Positions 17,280 through 26,472 of a stretch of DNA of 32,904 nt are shown piece after piece. How positions within the stretch are numbered: position 1 is the first letter of the stretch; every line of letters starts with the position of its first letter. This stretch comes from Chloroflexota bacterium (GTDB lineage: Bacteria > Chloroflexota > Dehalococcoidia > Lucifugimonadales > UBA3495). Location of the stretch: the NCBI GenBank assembly GCA_022562335.1, contig JADFPM010000002.1:1-32904 (forward strand), written 5' to 3'. The notes under the pieces were generated by a model. The model had not been told where the DNA came from, ran no database searches, and saw only the letters and a list, made by a program, of their open reading frames with translations. A program made the translations under genes and the position numbers.

Positions 17280-17719
17280 CCTTCTTCCCGCACCATCGCC
17301 GTGAGCATCTCTAGGGCCGAAGTATAGCTTCTCCATCCGAACCCCGCAATCTGGCCTCGGGCTATCTCTGAGATCACCGAGACGCGCCGCCATTGTTCTC
17401 GCGCTTGGGGGTTACTCAAGTGTACTTCGATCAACGGAACACCCGAGTCGATCAATGCGTCTTTCAGCGTCAGCCCATAGTGGGTCAGCGCGCCGGGATT
17501 GACAATGATTCCCTCTATTTTCCCCAGATTCTCCTGGATACAGTCTACCAGGTTGCCTTCCAAATTGGACTGGTAGAAAACAAGATCCACGCCCAGCGTT
17601 TCAGCCAGTTCGGCCAGCCGGCCGTTGATCTCTTCCATGGTCATTGCGCCATAGACCGCGGGGTCGCGGCGGCCCAGCATATTGATGTTGGGCCCGTTAA
17701 GAATAAGAAACCTGGTCAT
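17273..17719 (-). CDS. aroQ: Type II 3-dehydroquinate dehydratase
   Basis: Family motifs: 'ILNGPNINMLGRRDPAVYG', 'QSNLEGNLVDCI', 'INPGALTHY' and 'IEVHLSN'. Confidence 0.9.
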   Translation of the reverse strand: MTRFLILNGPNINMLGRRDPAVYGAMTMEEINGRLAELAETLGVDLVFYQSNLEGNLVDCIQENLGKIEGIIVNPGALTHYGLTLKDALIDSGVPLIEVHLSNPQAREQWRRVSVISEIARGQIAGFGWRSYTSALEMLTAMVREEGS

Positions 17720-18843
17720 GGCCCCTTACTCCCTTTCTTCATCTCTTTGTCTGTTTCTTCCCGAGTACCGGTTACCCCGGCCGGGGCAACCCTCGCCAGA
17801 GGATGGTGTTTCAGGTAGGCGGTCCTGGCCTCCAGTTTTGTCACGTGGGTATATATCTGAGTGGTGGCCGGGCTGGAATGGCCCAAGAGCTCTTGGATCA
17901 CCCGCAGGTCGGCGCCTCCCTCCAACATGTGGGTGGCGAAAGTATGGCGCAGGGTATGGGGATGTACTTCAGTGCGGGTTCCCGCCCTGGCGGCGTAGCC
18001 TTTGACCATTCGTTGGATGCTGCGCCGGGAGAGCCTCTGACCGTACCGGTTTAGGAACAGCGCGGTTGTATGGCTGGACACCAGATTTGGGCGGGATTCC
18101 TGCAAGTAGCGGCGCAATGCGTCTTCGGTGGGCTGGCCGAAAACGACCCAGCGTTCCTTGGAGCCCTTGCCCCTTACCAGTATCTGGCGCTGGGTCAGGT
18201 TGACGTTTCCCAGGTCAAGCTCCTGAATCTCCGCCAAGCGCACGCCGCAGGAATACAGTACTTCCAGGATCGCCCGGTCCCGGTCCGCCAATGGGGCCTC
18301 CCCATCGGGAGCGTCCAACAAGCGGGCAACCTCGTGTTGGCCCAGAAACGGGGGCAGGGCTTTTTCTACCTTCACGCGAAAGCTGCGGCCTGAGGGCAGC
18401 GGGTTGATGGGGAACAATCCTTCCTGAACCAAAAACCGGTAGAAAGACCGCAGTACGGTAAGCTTTCGCGCGATGCTGACCCTGGCGTATCCGTGTTCAG
18501 TGGCCCGATTGCCGCGCCGTGGATCTTTTGCCCCGCCATTGGACGTTGAATTGGAGGTTGGCTGCCTAGCGGAGGTGGCCAGCCAGGCCAGATATCCCCG
18601 GAGCATGGCCCGGTCCATGTTCGCCAAGCTCAAACTTTCCAAATCCAGATACCGCCGGAAAGAGGCAAGGTCAGCCAGGTAAACACGAAGGGTATTCTCG
18701 GAAAGGCCGCGCTGTCCGCGCAAATAGGCGGGGTATCGTTCCACGAATAGATCGAACTGGGCAACACCTCTCAGTTGGGAATTGCCCGCAATCTCCTGTT
18801 GACGCGTGGGATTTAGGGAGCCAGACCTTTTTACCGGCGTCAT
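17716..18843 (-). CDS. Tyrosine site-specific recombinase, XerC/XerD family
   Basis: Catalytic region 'CGVRLAEI', 'VRGKGSKERWV', 'HPHTLRHTFATHMLEGGADLRVIQELLGHSSPATTQIYTHV'. ATGA overlap with the aroQ start. A dprA-topA-xer neighbourhood is as I recall from Firmicutes. Confidence 0.85.
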   Translation of the reverse strand: MTPVKRSGSLNPTRQQEIAGNSQLRGVAQFDLFVERYPAYLRGQRGLSENTLRVYLADLASFRRYLDLESLSLANMDRAMLRGYLAWLATSARQPTSNSTSNGGAKDPRRGNRATEHGYARVSIARKLTVLRSFYRFLVQEGLFPINPLPSGRSFRVKVEKALPPFLGQHEVARLLDAPDGEAPLADRDRAILEVLYSCGVRLAEIQELDLGNVNLTQRQILVRGKGSKERWVVFGQPTEDALRRYLQESRPNLVSSHTTALFLNRYGQRLSRRSIQRMVKGYAARAGTRTEVHPHTLRHTFATHMLEGGADLRVIQELLGHSSPATTQIYTHVTKLEARTAYLKHHPLARVAPAGVTGTREETDKEMKKGSKGP

Positions 18844-18912
18844 GGGAACCGCCTTAAAAGGCCCGGTTGGCCTGGAGGCCCCTGACGCCTAATCGTCGAG
18901 CGCCTCGAGGGC

Positions 18913-21279
18913 TCACCCGTCAAAAGGCGCCGCCTCAACGGATGATTCGTTGACCGCGGAATCCTCGGGCGCGGAATCTTCGGCCGCGGAGTCTTCGACC
19001 GTTTCGGTCCAGTCGCACACGGTGCATGCCACCGTGTCCCGGCCAGATTCGACCATAAGCCCATCGCACTCGGGACAAGGCGTGACCACCGGTTTCCGGT
19101 TGGAGATGAAATCGCATTCGGGGTACTTGGAGCAGCCGAAGAACGACCGCCCCCGGCCTCGAGAACGCCGTTCCACGATGTCTCCGCCGCACTTGGGGCA
19201 AGCAACCCCCGTTTTGTTAACAATGGGCCTGGTGGTGCGGCATTCTGGGAATCCGGTGCAGGCTAGAAACCGTCCAAACCGCCCCGTCTTGATAACCATA
19301 GGCTCGCCACAGGATTCGCATACCTCGTCGGTCTCTTCATCCAAGTTAACCTTGGGCATGGACTCCTGAGCGGCCTCCAGGGCCTTTTGGAACGGGTCGT
19401 AGAACTCTCCGAGCATGGGCACCCAATCCCGTGCACCCCGCGATACATCGTCCAGTTCTTCTTCCATCTTGGCGGTGAAATCCAGGTCCATAACGTCCGC
19501 GAAGTATTCGGTCAACAGCTTACTGACGGTGGTGCCCAAGGTGGTCGGAATCAACCGGTTCCGCTCCTTGACCACGTAGTTACGGTCGGTCAGGGTGCCG
19601 ATGGTTGGGGCGTAGGTGCTGGGGCGCCCGATGCCCTTTTCCTCCATCATCTTTATCAGCGTGGCTTCGGTGAACTTGGGCGGAGGCTGGGTGAAGTGCT
19701 GTAAGGATTCCAGTTTTTCACAACCCAAGCCGTCGTCTTTGGCCAGGACCGGCAAAGCCTGGCGGCCTTCATTGTCCTCATCGTCGTCGCGGCTTTCCAG
19801 GTACAGGGTCCGGAAGCCGGGGAATGTCAAAACCGAGCCGGTGGTCCGGAACACGTACACAGTGCTGGAACCTTGGCAGACGGCGTCGATGTCGACGGTG
19901 GTGGATTCGGACAGCGCATCAGACATCTGGCTGGCCAGCATCCTGGCCCAGATAAGGTTGTAAAGGTCCATCTGTTCCTTGGAAAGATATGTCTTCAGGG
20001 AGTCCGGCGTCCGGCCGATAGAGGTGGGCCGGATGGCCTCATGAGCTTCCTGGGCGTTCTTGGCCCGCGTCGAATACGCCCGGGCCTTTTCGGGCACATA
20101 ATCCTTGCCGTATCGTTTGGCCACGTATTCCCTGGCTTCCTCGATGGCCGGCGCCGAAGCCTTTGGAGAGTCGGTGCGCATATACGTGATCAAGCCGACC
20201 TGACCTTTTTCGCCCACCATCAAGCCTTCGTACAGTTGTTGGGCTACCGCCATGGTCCGCTGGGCGGTGAACCTCAGCTTGCGCCCCGCTTCCTGTTGCA
20301 TGGTGCTGGTGGTGAAGGGCGCCGCCGGCCTCTGACGGACCTCTCTTTTGCGGACGTCGGCAACTTGGTAAGCCGCGTCTTTAAGTTGTTCTTGATAGAT
20401 GCGGGCGTCTTCTTCTTTATCGATGGTCAGGCGTCCTGTTGCGCCTTTGCCTGTGGCGCCTTTGACCGAGTGCAAGACGCCGGTGAACAGGTGCTTTTTG
20501 TCAACCGGATCGGCGTCCCGGTAAAGCTCGGCCTCCAGGGTCCACGACTCCACCGGCACAAAGGCCTGGATCTCATCTTCCCGGTCCACCACCATGCGCA
20601 GCGCCGCCGACTGGACACGGCCGGCGGAAGTCCCGCGCTGGACCCGTCTCCATAGGAGGGGACTCACCTGGTACCCCACCAGCCGGTCCAGGATCCGCCG
20701 CGCCTGCTGGGCATTTACCAGATCCATGTCGATTTCCCGGGGATGCTGGAACGCCTCTTCCACGGCCTGCTTGGTGATCTCGTGAAAGACCACCCGCTTG
20801 GGCGGGTTGGGCCGGTTTTGCCATTGGGCGGCCGTCAGAAGGTGCCACGATATGGCTTCGCCCTCCCGGTCTGGGTCGGTGGCCAGGTAGATCTCTTTAG
20901 CTTCGTCCCCGGCCTTTTTCAACATGTTGAGCAGCTTTTGCTTGTCCTTCATCACCACGTAGGAAGGTTCAAAATCCTGCTCTATCTCCACGCCCAACTT
21001 GCTCTTGGGCAGATCACGAACATGCCCTTGCGAAGCAGCGACCACGTATTTGGAGCCCAATATTTGGCCGACGGTGCGGGCCTTGGCCGGCGATTCGACG
21101 ATGACCAAGTTTTTACCCGCCGCCTTTAAAACCGGCACCTTGCTTCCAGCAGAGGTCTTACCCCTGGCTGATTTGGTTTTCGTGGTTTTTTTGGCAGCCG
21201 TCTTTCGGCCGGCACTTTGAGCGGTTTTTCCCTTTGTATTTCCGCGGGTTGTTTTTCCGGTCACAGATCTAGACACCAT
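18913..21279 (-). CDS. topA: DNA topoisomerase I (type IA) with Lys/Thr-rich N-terminal extension and three C-terminal zinc ribbons
   Basis: TOPRIM 'LVIVESPAKARTV' and 'ATDPDREGEAISWH', the active-site region 'ITYMRTDS', and three Cys4 ribbons (CESCG...C..FPEC, CPKCG...C..YPEC, CPECD...CTVC). The ATG at 21279 overlaps the dprA stop by 11 nt. Confidence 0.95.
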   Translation of the reverse strand: MVSRSVTGKTTRGNTKGKTAQSAGRKTAAKKTTKTKSARGKTSAGSKVPVLKAAGKNLVIVESPAKARTVGQILGSKYVVAASQGHVRDLPKSKLGVEIEQDFEPSYVVMKDKQKLLNMLKKAGDEAKEIYLATDPDREGEAISWHLLTAAQWQNRPNPPKRVVFHEITKQAVEEAFQHPREIDMDLVNAQQARRILDRLVGYQVSPLLWRRVQRGTSAGRVQSAALRMVVDREDEIQAFVPVESWTLEAELYRDADPVDKKHLFTGVLHSVKGATGKGATGRLTIDKEEDARIYQEQLKDAAYQVADVRKREVRQRPAAPFTTSTMQQEAGRKLRFTAQRTMAVAQQLYEGLMVGEKGQVGLITYMRTDSPKASAPAIEEAREYVAKRYGKDYVPEKARAYSTRAKNAQEAHEAIRPTSIGRTPDSLKTYLSKEQMDLYNLIWARMLASQMSDALSESTTVDIDAVCQGSSTVYVFRTTGSVLTFPGFRTLYLESRDDDEDNEGRQALPVLAKDDGLGCEKLESLQHFTQPPPKFTEATLIKMMEEKGIGRPSTYAPTIGTLTDRNYVVKERNRLIPTTLGTTVSKLLTEYFADVMDLDFTAKMEEELDDVSRGARDWVPMLGEFYDPFQKALEAAQESMPKVNLDEETDEVCESCGEPMVIKTGRFGRFLACTGFPECRTTRPIVNKTGVACPKCGGDIVERRSRGRGRSFFGCSKYPECDFISNRKPVVTPCPECDGLMVESGRDTVACTVCDWTETVEDSAAEDSAPEDSAVNESSVEAAPFDG
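18955..18999 (-). repeat. In-frame 15-bp tandem repeat x3 at the topA 3' end
   Basis: Plus strand: CGCGGAATCCTCGGG / CGCGGAATCTTCGGC / CGCGGAGTCTTCGAC. It encodes VEDSA-AEDSA-PEDSA. Confidence 0.8.
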
Positions 21280-22378
21280 AAGCTGGAGCGGCCTCCCGTA
21301 TGCGTACGTAATGCATGCACCCCACCTGCTTCACCATGCCCTTTAACTCCAGCATGGTCAACATCGTGCTCACCGAGGTGATCGGCAAGTCGGCGTTTCT
21401 TCTCAGGTCATCTATGTGCAGCGGTTCTCCATCAAGATGGTTCAACAGGGCCATCTCTTCAGGGTCTTCGGACTCTTGAAATAGCGGCAGTTCAGGCTGG
21501 CGAGTAACCACCGTGAGGTTCAACTCCTCTAGGACATCTGTATGGCTGGAGACCAACTTGGCCCCCTCCTGAATCATGCGGTTGGTGAATCGGCTGGCCG
21601 GCGAGAAAATGCTGCCCGGCACGCAAAAAACCTCTCGATCCTGTTCCAGAGCATGGTAAACCGTCCAACGGGCTCCGCTGCCTTCGGCGGCTTCCACCAC
21701 CAGCGTGCCCAGGCTCATGCCGCTGATCAGCCGGTTCCGCCGGGGAAACCCCCGGGGGTCGGGCCGGACGCCCAGGGGATATTCGGAAACCACGGCGCCT
21801 TGTTCCTGGATCTGGCAGGACAACTGTTCGTGTTCTCTGGGGTAATAAATATCCAGGCCGTTGGCCACCACGGCTATGGTGCGGCCTCCGTTATCCAACG
21901 CGGCGCGGTGGGCGATCCCGTCGATGCCCCGGGCCAATCCGCTGACGATGGTAAGGCCGTTTTTGGCCAGATCGCCCGTCAGGTTCGCGGCCACCTCCCG
22001 CCCGTAAGACGTGGGGCTCCTTGTTCCAACCACGGCCAAAGACCTTTGGTCGGCCGGCTGGAACGCACCCTTAATGTATAACACAGGAGGCGGGTCGGAT
22101 ATCTCCTTCAGCCTGGCCGGGTATTCCGAATCATGCCAGGTCAAGGCCCTTACACCGGCCTGCTGCAGGCGCATCAATTCCCCATCGGGGTCCACCCGCG
22201 GCCGGGCGGCCACTATCTCCTGGGCGGTCCCGGCCTCTATCCCCGCGGCCTTTAGGTCGGCCAAACCGGCATTCCAAGCATGTTTCAGGTCGCCGAAATA
22301 TGCTTCCAGCTTGCGGAAACGAACCGTCCCCAACTTGGGGACCCGGCTCAATGCCGCCCAATATTTCACTTCCGTCAT
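21269..22378 (-). CDS. dprA: DNA processing protein DprA (Smf)
   Basis: Family motifs: 'AVVGTRSPTSYGREVA', 'IVSGLARGIDGIAHRAAL', 'TIAVVANGLDIYYP', 'FPRRNRLISGMS' and 'VVEAAEGSGA'. I chose the ATG at 22378 (MTEVKYWAAL). The longest ORF starts at a TTG at 22429. Confidence 0.85.
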   Translation of the reverse strand: MTEVKYWAALSRVPKLGTVRFRKLEAYFGDLKHAWNAGLADLKAAGIEAGTAQEIVAARPRVDPDGELMRLQQAGVRALTWHDSEYPARLKEISDPPPVLYIKGAFQPADQRSLAVVGTRSPTSYGREVAANLTGDLAKNGLTIVSGLARGIDGIAHRAALDNGGRTIAVVANGLDIYYPREHEQLSCQIQEQGAVVSEYPLGVRPDPRGFPRRNRLISGMSLGTLVVEAAEGSGARWTVYHALEQDREVFCVPGSIFSPASRFTNRMIQEGAKLVSSHTDVLEELNLTVVTRQPELPLFQESEDPEEMALLNHLDGEPLHIDDLRRNADLPITSVSTMLTMLELKGMVKQVGCMHYVRIREAAPAYGV

Positions 22379-22435
22379 GAAATCGATTCTAGCATACGGT
22401 GTAAGATTCAAACAACGACGTGCTGCCAATTTACA

Positions 22436-22464
22436 TTGACAACAAAATTCCGTAATGTTATAGT
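22436..22464 (+). promoter_or_regulatory. Near-consensus sigma70-like promoter
   Basis: TTGACA (22436-22441), a 17-nt spacer, then TATAGT (22459-22464) on the plus strand. It lies ~270 nt upstream of the korA-like ATG. Confidence 0.5.
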
Positions 22465-22735
22465 TCTGTAGCTAGCCAGCCACGGTTCCGAGGCTGGCGA
22501 TGTTATTGTAAAATCGGGCCAAAGACGTTGTTTGTTCCGTATCGTCGAGGCTTGTGCAGCCCAATAGGATCGTTCCCTTAAACCAGAATGACAACCACCC
22601 TCAAATGCGCTCGCCTGGCTCCGGCCGCTGGCCCATTGCCGTCCCGTTTTAGCCCCCACCCTTACCTGCTGGCCAGACTTGTTGGCCAGGCTATGCCTCT
22701 GGTATCGACATTAACAAGGCCGGGAGTATTTCGAC

Positions 22736-24451
22736 ATGGAAATGCGTGACTTTGTCGTGCGATTCGCCGGTGAAGGTGGCCAGGGAGTGGTCACGTCGGC
22801 GGAAGGTCTCGCCCAGACTGCCACCCAAGCCGGTTATCACGCCCTGACATTCGCCACTTTTCCGTCGCAGATCTTGGGAGGGCCCACCTGGACCCAGGCG
22901 CGAATCTCGGTTGACCACCTCCTAAGTCCCGGCGATGACGTGGACGTCTTGGTCGCCTTTAACCAGGATGCCTACGATACCCACAAAGAAGACGTCCGCC
23001 CCGACGGCGTGATCATTTTCGACTCCAACGAGTTTGAGCTTAAAGGAGACTCTAGAGGATTTGGCCTTCCGGTGCAGGACCTCGCCAAGGCCACGGGCAA
23101 TAACCGGGCCGCCAACATGGTCATCATCGGCGCTTTGGCCCACCTGGTGCACATGCCCCAGGAATTTTTGGAGGATTTCGTCACCCAACGCTTCACCCGA
23201 GGCCGGGCTGGCGATGACCAGATAATCACATCCAACATCGCGGCCCTCACCGCAGGTCGGGAACACATCGCCGAGAGCGGATTGGACTTGGGAAACCTGG
23301 CGCCCGCGGTACGCCCCGATGGCCAGCAATTGATGCTAAAGGGCAATGAAGCGATCTGCCTGGGGTCTCTGGCGGCGGGTTTGGAGGTTTACGCCGGCTA
23401 CCCCATCTCCCCGGCCACCACCATCCTGCTGTACATGGAGCGGAACCTGGTGGGTCCGGGCAAGTTCGCCTACCAGGTGAGTTCGGAGATCGAGTCCATC
23501 ACCGCCTTGCTTGGTGCGGGCTTCGCCGGGAAAAAGGCCATGACAGCCACCGCCGGCCCCGGCTTTTCCCTGATGAGCGAGGGCCTTGGGCTTAGCTGGA
23601 TCGCAGAGATCCCCCTGGTGGTGGTGGACGTTCAGCGCGGAGGTCCCGCCACCGGTCTCCCCACCAAAACCGAGCAATCGGACCTGATGGCTTGCATGTA
23701 CCCCGCCCACGGCGACGTGAAAATGCCCATCATAGCCGTGGGTACCGTTGAAGAGTGCTTCTTCGGCGCCATAAAAGCCATCGAATGGGCCGAACGTTAC
23801 CAGGGCCCGGTGGTGCTGATGACCGAGATGTCCTTGGCGGAAAGGGTCCAAAATATCCCCCGCCCCGACCTGTCTAAGATCAAGGTCAATGGACGGAAGG
23901 TTTACACCGGCGACAACGGTTACCGCCGTTACGCGGGTTTCGAATTGTCACCCATGCCCATTCCAGGAAACCCGGGCGCTTACATGGCCAACGGCAGCGA
24001 GCACGACGACTTCGGCGACACAACCCACCTGCCGGCCCGCCACGTGCAGATGACCGAGCGGCGGTTCAGCAAGATCAAGCTTCTAGAAGAAGACGATTAC
24101 GAAAAAGACCAGTCCGAAGAGGCAATAGCCTTCATGCCCTGGGGAGGCTCCAAAGGCCCCGCTTTAGAGGCTTATAACCAACTAAAAGAGAACGGAGTGC
24201 CGGTGGCCTGGTATTACACCATGTTCCTCAACCCGTTGCCTCCCAAACTGTTGGAAGAGCTAAAACAGAAGGAATTGGTCATTGTCCCCGAGTTGAATTA
24301 CCAGGGGCAATTCGCATCCATCCTCCGTTCCCAAGGGGTCAAGGCGGAGGCCATCACCCAATATACCGGCCTGCCTTTCAAAGTGCGCGACCTGGTGAAA
24401 CGAGTCACGGAAATGACCGAATCTCGCCGGAAGGAGATGGTTAAGGCGTGA
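22736..24451 (+). CDS. 2-oxoacid:ferredoxin oxidoreductase, fused gamma-alpha subunit (KorA-like)
   Basis: N-terminal gamma-type domain 'FAGEGGQGVVT', then the alpha domain 'GNEAICLGSLAAGLEVYAGYPISPATTIL' and 'GGPATGLPTKTEQSDL'. RBS GGGAG. Confidence 0.85.
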   Translation: MEMRDFVVRFAGEGGQGVVTSAEGLAQTATQAGYHALTFATFPSQILGGPTWTQARISVDHLLSPGDDVDVLVAFNQDAYDTHKEDVRPDGVIIFDSNEFELKGDSRGFGLPVQDLAKATGNNRAANMVIIGALAHLVHMPQEFLEDFVTQRFTRGRAGDDQIITSNIAALTAGREHIAESGLDLGNLAPAVRPDGQQLMLKGNEAICLGSLAAGLEVYAGYPISPATTILLYMERNLVGPGKFAYQVSSEIESITALLGAGFAGKKAMTATAGPGFSLMSEGLGLSWIAEIPLVVVDVQRGGPATGLPTKTEQSDLMACMYPAHGDVKMPIIAVGTVEECFFGAIKAIEWAERYQGPVVLMTEMSLAERVQNIPRPDLSKIKVNGRKVYTGDNGYRRYAGFELSPMPIPGNPGAYMANGSEHDDFGDTTHLPARHVQMTERRFSKIKLLEEDDYEKDQSEEAIAFMPWGGSKGPALEAYNQLKENGVPVAWYYTMFLNPLPPKLLEELKQKELVIVPELNYQGQFASILRSQGVKAEAITQYTGLPFKVRDLVKRVTEMTESRRKEMVKA

Positions 24452-25314
24452 GCAAGAAAAATCCGGAATACGACTTCAAATGGTGCCCCGGTTGTGGTGA
24501 CTTTGGCGTCCGCCGGGCAATAGAATTTGCCATGATCAACCGATTGGAAGAGACCGGGTTGCCCATGGAAAATAACGTGGTCATAGCCGGCATCGGTTGC
24601 TCGGGAAACTTGGTGCACCTGATAGAGGGCAGCCAACCCTACGCCTTCCATGGCATCCACGGCCGGTCCCTACCCATCGCCTTTGGCACCAAGATGGCTC
24701 GCCCAGACCTGAACGTGATGGTGGTGGCCGGAGACGGAGACTTCTTGAGTATCGGCGCGGAGCACATCGGTCCACAGGCGGCCAGGAACCTGAACATCTG
24801 CGCCGTGATCATGGACAACGGGGTTTACGGCCTCACCAAAGGCCAGAGTTCACCCACAACCCAATTGGGAGTGATCACCAGTTCCACCCCCTATGGCAAG
24901 ATCGAGTCGGAGATCAACCCTCTTGAACTGTACCTGACTCTGGGCGTTTCATTCATTGCCTCCGGTTTCTCCAGCCAACCCCGGCCGCTGGCTGATCTGA
25001 TCACCAAGGGCATGGACCATGCCGGCTTCTCCATCATTCACGTTCAGTCACCCTGCACCGCTTACAACGATACCTTTGAACAGTTGAAGGGGAACGTCAA
25101 AAAGGGCATCGAGCCGACGTTGTGGAATGTCCCCGAAGACCACGACCCCAGCGACAAGGCTGCGGCCCACGATCTGCTGCAACAGGGCGGGATTCCCGTT
25201 GGCGTCGTCTACAATGACGAAAGCCGGCTTTCCCTGGACCAGCAAGTGGAGCAAATGTGGGAGAAGACCACCCCCAAGAGCGTGGACGAATTGATGGACG
25301 CGTTCAAGTTCTAG
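24448..25314 (+). CDS. 2-oxoacid:ferredoxin oxidoreductase, beta (TPP-binding) subunit (KorB-like)
   Basis: 'WCPGCGDFGV', 'GIGCSG', 'VVAGDGDFLSIG' and 'DNGVYGLTKGQ'. The GTG start overlaps the upstream stop (GTGA). There is no delta/ferredoxin subunit. Confidence 0.85.
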   Translation: MSKKNPEYDFKWCPGCGDFGVRRAIEFAMINRLEETGLPMENNVVIAGIGCSGNLVHLIEGSQPYAFHGIHGRSLPIAFGTKMARPDLNVMVVAGDGDFLSIGAEHIGPQAARNLNICAVIMDNGVYGLTKGQSSPTTQLGVITSSTPYGKIESEINPLELYLTLGVSFIASGFSSQPRPLADLITKGMDHAGFSIIHVQSPCTAYNDTFEQLKGNVKKGIEPTLWNVPEDHDPSDKAAAHDLLQQGGIPVGVVYNDESRLSLDQQVEQMWEKTTPKSVDELMDAFKF

Positions 25315-25350
25315 CCAGGCCTATAAAAGATCGAAATCGTCGATGGTATG

Positions 25351-25379
25351 GTAGGGGCGAGGTTGAAACTCGCCCCTAC
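25351..25379. terminator. Shared hairpin terminator between convergent korB-like and sigma genes
   Basis: GTAGGGGCGAG-gttgaaa-CTCGCCCCTAC is a perfect 11-bp stem sitting between the two stop codons. The U-tracts are weak on both strands. Confidence 0.55.
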
Positions 25380-25427
25380 GTCATTCGTTGGGATACGTGA
25401 TCAAAAGAACCCGTGTCCCCATGGCGT

Positions 25428-25964
25428 TCATACCTGCTGCTGCTGTTGACTCAGGTACCCTTGCAGGTGTTGGCGCAGCAGCACCCGGCCCCGGTGCAAC
25501 CTGGCCTTCAACGATGAAACCGATATCTTCAATGCCTCGGCCGCTTCCTCGTTGCTGAGTCCCTGAACATCGCGCAGCACCACGGCGGTCTTCAGGTTGT
25601 CGGCCAGCATATCCAGCCCCTCCTGCAAGTGTTCCCTTAGCTCCGTGTTCAGCGCCTGCCGCTCGGGCCCTTCCGCCGGGCTGACCAGTTGAACTTCATC
25701 GTAACCAGACTGGGTCAAAGTCCGTTTATTTTTGTCCTTGCGGAGCTTCATCAGGGCGGCGTTGACGGCGATCCGGTAAAGCCAGGTGCTCACCTTGGAC
25801 TCGCCCCGGAATTTTTCGAAATTCCGGTACGCGGATAAAAAGGCGTCTTGGGCCGCCTCTTCGGCGTCGGCATGATTGCTCAATACCCGGTAGGTCAAGT
25901 TATATACGAAGTCGCCATACTCCTCTACAATGCTTTCGAATTCTAGTTGGGCTTGGGCTTCCAT
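25428..25964 (-). CDS. ECF-type RNA polymerase sigma-70 factor
   Basis: Region 2 '[38 protein letters not shown]'. Region 4 '[32 protein letters not shown]'. Confidence 0.9.
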   Translation of the reverse strand: MEAQAQLEFESIVEEYGDFVYNLTYRVLSNHADAEEAAQDAFLSAYRNFEKFRGESKVSTWLYRIAVNAALMKLRKDKNKRTLTQSGYDEVQLVSPAEGPERQALNTELREHLQEGLDMLADNLKTAVVLRDVQGLSNEEAAEALKISVSSLKARLHRGRVLLRQHLQGYLSQQQQQV

Positions 25965-25985
25965 AACCTACCAATTCCGGGCAGA

Positions 25986-26019
25986 GTGCATCTAAAGTAC
26001 CTACATTGTGCATCTAAAG
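25986..26019. promoter_or_regulatory. 12-bp direct repeat pair in the sigma/anti-sigma divergent intergenic region
   Basis: GTGCATCTAAAG occurs at 25986-25997 and again at 26008-26019. The start-to-start distance is 22 bp, about two helical turns. Confidence 0.35.
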
Positions 26020-26175
26020 GAATATAGTTGTCTATTACGGCTGAAGACAAGTGAATGGAGCATAAAAGAGATGTTCCGGGGCCGTGAGTCCGGCGTGCCG
26101 TCAAGTTGCCCGCGGCTGTTAATTTTGTGGTTGTCAGTATGGAAAGATTTCTAACATAGAGCTGGAGTCGATGAA

Positions 26176-26439
26176 GTGTTAGGCGTGTTTGGCAGGTTAT
26201 TTAACCGTGGGGAAGTCGATTGTGACGATGTCCAACGCATGTCGTCGGATTACATCGAGGAGCAATTGCCCTCAAAAAAACTTGCGTCAGTACAAAACCA
26301 CCTGGCCGGTTGCGGCCCCTGCCGCGCGTTTGTGGAAACCCTGGCCACCACCATCGGTTTGCTTGGCCGGCTTCCTAGGGTGTCCCTTCCGCCGTCCTTC
26401 AAAAACGACTTGTATGAAAAGATACGGGGCCGGCGTTAA
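26176..26439 (+). CDS. Small soluble zinc-binding anti-sigma factor (ZAS, RsrA-like)
   Basis: The HxxxCxxC motif 'HLAGCGPC' (H42, C46, C49) plus upstream C16. No predicted transmembrane segment. The GTG start is 8 nt after GGAG. Confidence 0.6.
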   Translation: MLGVFGRLFNRGEVDCDDVQRMSSDYIEEQLPSKKLASVQNHLAGCGPCRAFVETLATTIGLLGRLPRVSLPPSFKNDLYEKIRGRR

Positions 26440-26472
26440 ACCGGTTGATCTCCAGCGAATCTCCGTAACCGC

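Noticed and set aside
22408-22659. 83-aa ORF (-) and a 55-codon plus-strand ORF (22598..22765, stop included) in the dprA-korA spacer.
   Set aside because: Neither has an RBS or family resemblance. The minus ORF overlaps the dprA start region, and the plus ORF runs into korA out of frame.
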